The translations under genes were made by a program, and so were the position numbers. Below are positions 59,201 to 64,000 of a stretch of DNA of 64,000 nt, piece after piece. How positions within the stretch are numbered: position 1 is the first letter of the stretch; each line of letters opens with the position of its first letter. The notes under the pieces were generated by a model that did not search any database, had not been told where the DNA came from, and was given only the letters and a program-made list of their open reading frames with translations. Where the stretch lies: the IMG/VR virus record IMGVR_UViG_3300006217_000002, one strand, 5' to 3'. This DNA comes from a virus. Taxonomy: Duplodnaviria > Heunggongvirae > Uroviricota > Caudoviricetes.

Positions 59201-60780
59201 GTGTTGATACTCCTAATGGTACTCCCAAGTATCTTCAGATCGTAACTGAAATGATCAGAAATGCTGCAGTTACAAATAATAAGATTGAGAGAGATATCAA
59301 TTTACTTGGATCTCCTTCAATTGAAGTAAGACCAGGACCTACTTATTCTGATAAGAATGGATTCGGACATAAGATTCCTGATTGTCAATGGGTACTTGAT
59401 AGAATTTTAGATAAACAAAAAGATTTTTATGACGAATTAAAAGAAAAAATCTGTTGCTTAAGAGATATTGATCCAATAAAAGTTCGTCATGACCAGATTA
59501 TTGTATCTCCAATAGAAAGTGAAAAGATTCCATTAATGTCTGAAGCTGTTATTAATGGAACTAGAATTCCTGTTGGTGATACTGAAGCAATCGATATCGA
59601 TGGAGAAACATTCGAATCAATTCCATATCACAGGATCAGAGATATCATTATGAACAATGCTGAACCTCATGAATCTAAAATAATCAGAATAGGTGACAAT
59701 ACAGTTGAACCTATTCAATATTATAGAATCAATGGTTTAGTAAATGGAACAGTAGATCCTATTCTCAGTGGAGATGGTTTCGAAATTGATAATGAAATGC
59801 TAAATGGTCAAATCTGTGGTTATAATTGTCAAGACTGGAATTCTAAATCATTCATGGTACCTATTGCATCACGTATAGTTAGACAGCTGATAAATGGTAC
59901 AGCTGAAGCCGTTTCAACCAAATCAATAGAAGTATACGGAAAAACTATTGAACCTATTCCATTTAGTACTATACAGGATATTAGTTCTGGAAGAATCAAT
60001 ATAACACATGGATTTGAGCCTGTAGATATTAATGGAGAAACACTTGAACCGATTCCTATTGATCGTTTGCGTGGATTGATAATGGGAACAATTAATCCTT
60101 TAGCAGCAAATCCTCTTGATGTAACTGAATATGAAGAAGAATTGGAAAAAGAAACTGAACTTAAACCAGGAGTAATCATTACAGAATATCTTCAGGATAG
60201 AGCTGTTACAGGAAGTAAATTATTCACAACGTCAGATCCTGATTGTATACTTGGAGTTCTTGAAGGAAATTCTGATCCAGTATGGACTAAGGTTAACTCC
60301 AATATGCTTGAAAATAGATCTGTTGATGGGACTAAGTTATTTACTTCAACAGAGAATGATAGAATACTTGGAGTATTAAATGCTGGAGATGATCCTATGT
60401 GGATACAGATTAACGAGAATATGCTTGCTGATGGATGTGTTGATACTCGTCATATTAGAGACAATGCTATTACTACATCTAAGATTGTTGATTATGCAAT
60501 AACAGCTGTGAAGTTAGCTAGAGAAAAGATGATCGAAACTATTCACTTATTCGATTACGCTGTAACAAATCGTAAGATTGCTGATTTAGCTATAACCAAT
60601 GCTAAAATTGAAAATCATACAATCGAAGGTATCAAGTTGGCAAGGCGTACAGAAATCCCTGCATACACTTATGTAGAAGAACATAGGGATTACGAAAAGA
60701 GAGCTCTTCGTAACACGATCTTATCTCCTAGAACTCCTGTTGGAGGACATAATGGAGATATATGGCTACAATTTGCATAA
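56260..60780 (+). CDS. Giant repeat-rich tail/virion fibre protein
   Basis: 1506 aa; NPHNVTLEQLG x2, NVDNTSDKDKPIS, many 10-aa I.D.AVT.EK repeats, VTG.KLFTS..RVLAV..P.WT modules, terminal GG.NGDIWLQF. Confidence 0.8.
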   Translation: MGHIGNEIVQSRMYQDPNPPAPPSKNYKYTFPITVYDAVRRSMNDADSTTLTEDIDNIYKELRSKQSMIPSLPANYLVTYGGRAGAIGSIKITESISWDPEKWSNNLIPTEKAVGDLLFRYGILDRDPDKPSEELKKIIWSDIVGRPTIYDCLGNDKEGLINQEALTKIIKEIQSDISKSNTNWLEKFSQISLDLKDHIDRTDNPHNVTLEQLGAASKSILDNHLNNFNNPHNVTLEQLGIPNVDNTSDKDKPISDATQEAIDRLASMIDGLSGSMGLMNFVTRIEYNQRTGRLDAIYTDGSRLGVTIVTDGLVDEIQFDEKKHILKVIELNGKVTKIPLDVLYNKYIGSEGTHIIVEIDEDNVVKATIIPKSITSDEIADKSIKTNVIANEAVTGDKIKDCTITTIKYANHSVTSEKIAKGGVEEVNIKDRAVTGEKLFTSTVDNRVLAVRTGSTNPQWTQIVGEMIAREVIGTRHIIDESITEEKLNEYAVTESRIHDNAVTTRKIQDLGVTTEKIADDAVTTEKIAEDILLRGIPRMTGRPDITAEDNELVDARWVREILDKNAVTDKNIGRRVVNGRHLFSSKIKNRALIVTEVDGDSYWGQINHEMIEDEAVETPNIKDLAITSEKIKDYAIISRHIGIDSVSTVHIQNGAIQSEKIYTSEEANRVLAAVTENGHPLYTQVTNPMIAKDAVGTEKIADQSITLSKFARREAEGNTVLAFLLQDHDPVWTKIITELIAKGAVTSSKLYPSENPNMVLAVRDPNTSAYYMKINGEMMENNIIEERHLTDDAIKGMHIADKSIEARHMGDESVDNNALATGSVDGRALFKTHRSWQVLAVKGNPHADAEWTQVTTDMIERLAITPDKLFTSSFDHRVLAVEKGGEEPKYVLLTGDYIRDRSIQSEKLIENINLYGHPTIGDHPSDISDDHTIADTFWVNKVIKAALEDYTPTGSILNIPDHSVTGEKLFTTDEAPRVLGVDTPNGTPKYLQIVTEMIRNAAVTNNKIERDINLLGSPSIEVRPGPTYSDKNGFGHKIPDCQWVLDRILDKQKDFYDELKEKICCLRDIDPIKVRHDQIIVSPIESEKIPLMSEAVINGTRIPVGDTEAIDIDGETFESIPYHRIRDIIMNNAEPHESKIIRIGDNTVEPIQYYRINGLVNGTVDPILSGDGFEIDNEMLNGQICGYNCQDWNSKSFMVPIASRIVRQLINGTAEAVSTKSIEVYGKTIEPIPFSTIQDISSGRINITHGFEPVDINGETLEPIPIDRLRGLIMGTINPLAANPLDVTEYEEELEKETELKPGVIITEYLQDRAVTGSKLFTTSDPDCILGVLEGNSDPVWTKVNSNMLENRSVDGTKLFTSTENDRILGVLNAGDDPMWIQINENMLADGCVDTRHIRDNAITTSKIVDYAITAVKLAREKMIETIHLFDYAVTNRKIADLAITNAKIENHTIEGIKLARRTEIPAYTYVEEHRDYEKRALRNTILSPRTPVGGHNGDIWLQFA
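56867..56979 (+). repeat. Exact 35-bp direct repeat, 78-bp period, in frame
   Basis: ataatcctcataatgtaacattagaacaattagga at 56867 and 56945. Confidence 0.85.
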
Positions 60781-60796
60781 TAAAGGAGGGATGATA

Positions 60797-61225
60797 ATGA
60801 TATTAGAATTTATTGATAAATCTCAAATCGAAGTTCTAACTATCTTTGGAGGTCCTTCTCTTGTAAAAGGTGTAATGCGTGATACACTACGAATTGAGGT
60901 TGACCCTAATAAGGTCAACCTCAATGACTTAAAAGAAATATTCGAAAATAAGTATAAGTGTTTAAGATTATTCACGTACGACACTGATGAAGGAGAAAAT
61001 GTAAAAACTGAGATAGGCGAAGGATATTGTGTATTTGTATCTTGTAAAACTGAGAAGAGAGAAAAGATTCATTTCCCTGGAAAAATTATGCCTACGGAAT
61101 ATGAAGATATCAATATAGTTACTACGGCGCAGTACACATATGATGAATGGCAAGAAGTACTGCATAAACTTGAAACCTCTGATAATGAAGAGGAGGTAAT
61201 GTTATGGCGATATCTACACGAATAA
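60797..61225 (+). CDS. Hypothetical protein (possible fibre-associated chaperone)
   Basis: SD AAGGAGG; directly downstream of the fibre gene. Confidence 0.6.
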   Translation: MILEFIDKSQIEVLTIFGGPSLVKGVMRDTLRIEVDPNKVNLNDLKEIFENKYKCLRLFTYDTDEGENVKTEIGEGYCVFVSCKTEKREKIHFPGKIMPTEYEDINIVTTAQYTYDEWQEVLHKLETSDNEEEVMLWRYLHE

Positions 61226-62001
61226 ATGGAGTATTCAGAGATAATGAATCAGAATCAGCAAGAATCAATGGAGTATGGAGAGATACAAATCACTGGGTAA
61301 GAATCAATGGAGTATGGAGAGAAGTATCCGGAGGCAATAATATAACAGAATCTGATATAGTTGGATTCAGATTAGTTTATGTTTTAAATAAACATAAACT
61401 TCATCCAGATTATCCCCATCTAAAATATAATCCAAAAATTCCTTATATTGCTGATCTAGCTGGAGAAAATGTTGGAGTAATGGATATGACATTCAAAAGT
61501 ATAGTATTTGAGTTTAATAGAGATGAATATAAAGAGGAAGGAATTATTATGTTTGAAGGAACTCTATATGCTGTACTAAAGAATGGAAATGTTGTAAATA
61601 TTAGTGGAATAGACAATGACTCTTCATTAGTAAAAAATGTTCGTCTTTATAATAAGACGAAGAGTCTAGATATAACTATGAGGGGATATTCAATGTATGA
61701 GCTTCACGGAAGATTCATGGATGGTTGGAATAACTTTTTTACCAAGAAGAAATTCATGATGATGAATAATCTCCCAGGAGGTCCAGATGATAGACATGTA
61801 AATCTTATTCATTTAGAACATTTTCTACCAGTAGAAGAAAGAGAGGAAACGTATTCTTCAATAGCATCTATAGGTATAGCTCGAGATATGTCTTCCCCAG
61901 ATAATAATATGATAGGAAGTAAAGGAACGCTCGACCATACTCTGCAAGAGATTTATGTAAATGGAGTACAGAAACCATTTGTAATTGAAATATATCAATA
62001 A
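61204..62001 (+). CDS. Fibre-associated protein with three N-terminal RINGV(W/F)R repeats
   Basis: 13-aa periodic repeats; exact 24-bp repeat at 61260 and 61299. Confidence 0.65.
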   Translation: MAISTRINGVFRDNESESARINGVWRDTNHWVRINGVWREVSGGNNITESDIVGFRLVYVLNKHKLHPDYPHLKYNPKIPYIADLAGENVGVMDMTFKSIVFEFNRDEYKEEGIIMFEGTLYAVLKNGNVVNISGIDNDSSLVKNVRLYNKTKSLDITMRGYSMYELHGRFMDGWNNFFTKKKFMMMNNLPGGPDDRHVNLIHLEHFLPVEEREETYSSIASIGIARDMSSPDNNMIGSKGTLDHTLQEIYVNGVQKPFVIEIYQ

Positions 62002-62002
62002 A

Positions 62003-62030
62003 TAGAGAGGGGTTTTAAAACCCCTCTCTA
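62003..62030. terminator. Terminator hairpin
   Basis: tagagaggggtttt/aaaacccctctcta. Confidence 0.75.
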
Positions 62031-62091
62031 AGTTTATATATTCTGGAACTAAGATAGAAATGATATTTATAAAATTAGAGGAGGTAAACTA

Positions 62092-62994
62092 ATGTCAAGA
62101 AAAATAGTATTAGCGATAGACTTTAATAACGTAGTCTTTGCTTCTTATTACGGACAGCATTTAATTAATTCTAAAGGGGTTAATGTTAATGCAGTAAAGG
62201 GATTCTTTTATAAATTAAAATCTTTGATGGATGTTTTTAATCCTGATTACATAGTTTTAGCTAATGACTTGAGCAGAGAGAAAACATTCAGAAGAAAGAT
62301 TTATAAACCGTATAAAGCACAAAGAAAGCCCGTAGATGAAGATATTATAAAACAAATGTCATATATCAGTACATTAGTTTCATTATTAGGATATCCGATG
62401 ATTAATGACGAAAAATATGAAGCTGATGATATATTGGGAATGATATCAAGAATGGCAGAAGATCAAGGAATGGATACCGTCATCATTTCATCTGATAAAG
62501 ATCTATATCAATTAATAACAGATCATGTATATGTAATGTCTCCGCGTAATAGCGAAATCATTGATTCATATTGGTTAAAAAATAATTATAAATTAACTCC
62601 TGATCAATGGATAGAATTAAAAATGTTACAAGGAGATAGATCTGATAATATACCAGGAGTTCCAGGAATAGGAGAAGTTACAGCATTACAATTAATGCAA
62701 GATTATCATTCTATAGATGATATTTACCAAAATCTTAAATCATTAAAGCCTAAAGTTAAAGAGGCATTGATTAATTCAAAAAATGATATGGAATTGATGA
62801 GAAAATTAGTAACTATAATAACAGACTATTCTTTGATAGGATTAACTCCGAATATGTTGAAACTAACTGAAGCATATCCTAAAGAAATATATCTGATGTT
62901 AAATGATCTGGAAATATATTCATTATTAAATTTATTCCAGTATGAAATTATTCCATATAATAGAGGAGATAGTAATAATGCAAACAAGAGTTAA
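62092..62994 (+). CDS. 5'-3' exonuclease / flap endonuclease (T4 RNase H / PolI N-terminal family)
   Basis: IDFN, FRRKIYKPYKAQR, YEADD, ISSDKDLYQL, GDRSDNIPGVPGIGEVTA. Confidence 0.93.
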   Translation: MSRKIVLAIDFNNVVFASYYGQHLINSKGVNVNAVKGFFYKLKSLMDVFNPDYIVLANDLSREKTFRRKIYKPYKAQRKPVDEDIIKQMSYISTLVSLLGYPMINDEKYEADDILGMISRMAEDQGMDTVIISSDKDLYQLITDHVYVMSPRNSEIIDSYWLKNNYKLTPDQWIELKMLQGDRSDNIPGVPGIGEVTALQLMQDYHSIDDIYQNLKSLKPKVKEALINSKNDMELMRKLVTIITDYSLIGLTPNMLKLTEAYPKEIYLMLNDLEIYSLLNLFQYEIIPYNRGDSNNANKS

Positions 62995-63142
62995 AGTAAT
63001 AACAAATTCTCAGTTAATAGAAAGAGATATTAATGAAGCTTTATATAATCTTGGAGATGTGAATATTAAAGATATAAAATTATATAAGAATGGAGTATTA
63101 TTCACAATTCTCATCATATATGAAACTTCGACAGAATCTTAA
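62978..63142 (+). CDS. Small hypothetical protein
   Basis: ATG 62978 after GAGGAG; 54 aa. Confidence 0.55.
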   Translation: MQTRVKVITNSQLIERDINEALYNLGDVNIKDIKLYKNGVLFTILIIYETSTES

Positions 63143-63164
63143 AACTGAAAGGAGATGAATATCT

Positions 63165-64000
63165 ATGGCTATAAAAGGATTTATGGAATCTTCGTTGGCA
63201 TCATCGGAAGTGTTCAAGGGGATTAACGATAATACAAAAGGAGTTAAAGTAACAGATAAAGCTCTTAATCTTATTAAGACAGCTAAGCATCTTACTAATG
63301 AAGATATTGAAACTGCATATATTTCAGTAAGACAGATAAGTGATAGTTTAACAAGAGAAGCTATGAGAGCATTTGATGAAGAGAGAACTGTACTGATCTA
63401 CAATAACGTAGCATCTCTATCAGTAACTCAAACGTTGCCATTTATAACATATAAGACTGCTAAAGGATATGTAACATTCATATTTGTTGATAAATATGTT
63501 ACAATGTCAAGGGACGGAGTATTAAATATGCAGGCTCCTATATTAAGGGATCTTTTAATAGGTGCCGTTATTGCAAATGGAATTAAAAGAAACTACAGCA
63601 TGTTATCAACAAATCAGTTTCTCCAGAAAATTCTTACTGAAATATATACAAAATTCTTCACAAGAGTCATCAATAGGGAATATTCGATTGGAGCAGATAA
63701 AATAGTATTTGACACAATTCAATACTGGATAAATAGATTTTTCCTTGAGAATATTTTCGGAGCTGCAGATACTCCTGAAAATATAGAACGCATCGCTACA
63801 GCTCACTTTAAGTATATTGATGAAATGAAAGCTGCCGAAATCAAAAAGAGATATGAAGAAGTTTCTCCATCAAAGATAAGCGAACTTCTCAATCTTTTAT
63901 CTGAAGCTTCTCCGAGAATGCGAAATATCAACCTTGGAAGGTTTATATCTAACTGGGTTAATTATTATTACATTCCATCAATGTTAGCTATTGATAATAT
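63165..64000 (+). CDS. Hypothetical probable virion protein, truncated by the right edge (not in the ORF track)
   Basis: SD AAAGGAG; MAIKGFMESSLASSEVFKGINDNTKG... appears open to the window end; N-terminal FME-S motif. Confidence 0.7.
   Translation, partial: MAIKGFMESSLASSEVFKGINDNTKGVKVTDKALNLIKTAKHLTNEDIETAYISVRQISDSLTREAMRAFDEERTVLIYNNVASLSVTQTLPFITYKTAKGYVTFIFVDKYVTMSRDGVLNMQAPILRDLLIGAVIANGIKRNYSMLSTNQFLQKILTEIYTKFFTRVINREYSIGADKIVFDTIQYWINRFFLENIFGAADTPENIERIATAHFKYIDEMKAAEIKKRYEEVSPSKISELLNLLSEASPRMRNINLGRFISNWVNYYYIPSMLAIDN

Noticed and set aside
56867-61322. CRISPR array or diversity-generating retroelement from the direct repeats
   Set aside because: Repeats are two-copy, in frame and exact; no spacer array, no adenine-specific mismatches, no reverse transcriptase in the window
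7067-62030. Long perfect intergenic palindromes as a mobile repeat family
   Set aside because: Stems differ in sequence and sit right after stop codons, as expected for ordinary (often bidirectional) terminators
63606-63806. 66-aa minus-strand ORF
   Set aside because: Antisense to the long + strand ORF starting at 63165
1-64000. Stop-codon reassignment, as in some gut jumbo phages
   Set aside because: Long genes are intact in the standard code, and TAG, TGA and TAA all end genes next to terminators or downstream starts
1-64000. tRNA or rRNA genes
   Set aside because: No cloverleaf or T-loop signature seen in the short intergenic regions; a tRNA scan would confirm

Overview
64 kb of an AT-rich jumbo myovirus genome of the PBS1/AR9/phiKZ-like lineage, read in the standard genetic code. 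The host is most likely a spore-forming Bacillota (Clostridia-like), judging by strong AGGAGG-type SD sites and a SpoIIID homolog. Core genes: baseplate and tube-initiator-like genes, major capsid protein with neighbouring head proteins, terminase large subunit, tail sheath and tube, C-terminal half of a split RNA polymerase beta subunit, DnaB-like and SF2 helicases, a 5'-3' exonuclease, and two paralogous giant fibre genes (one cut by the left edge and missing from the ORF track). Accessory blocks carry thyX, tmk, a deaminase, a DHH phosphoesterase, a MazF/PemK-like fusion and many small orphans. Best leads: (1) a 1086-aa protein stringing HAD, GNAT and transglutaminase-like domains together with the same hydrophobic-x-Glu motifs that fill the capsid propeptide, i.e. 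a candidate capsid-packaged, protease-processed effector polyprotein; (2) four small paralogs whose C-terminal helix motif recurs in a neighbouring protein and about six times in the 1506-aa fibre, a candidate modular docking system; (3) AR9-like late promoter motifs in a phage that encodes thymidylate synthesis; (4) two ORF-free structured intergenic elements. All calls are from motif recognition by eye; no searches were run.
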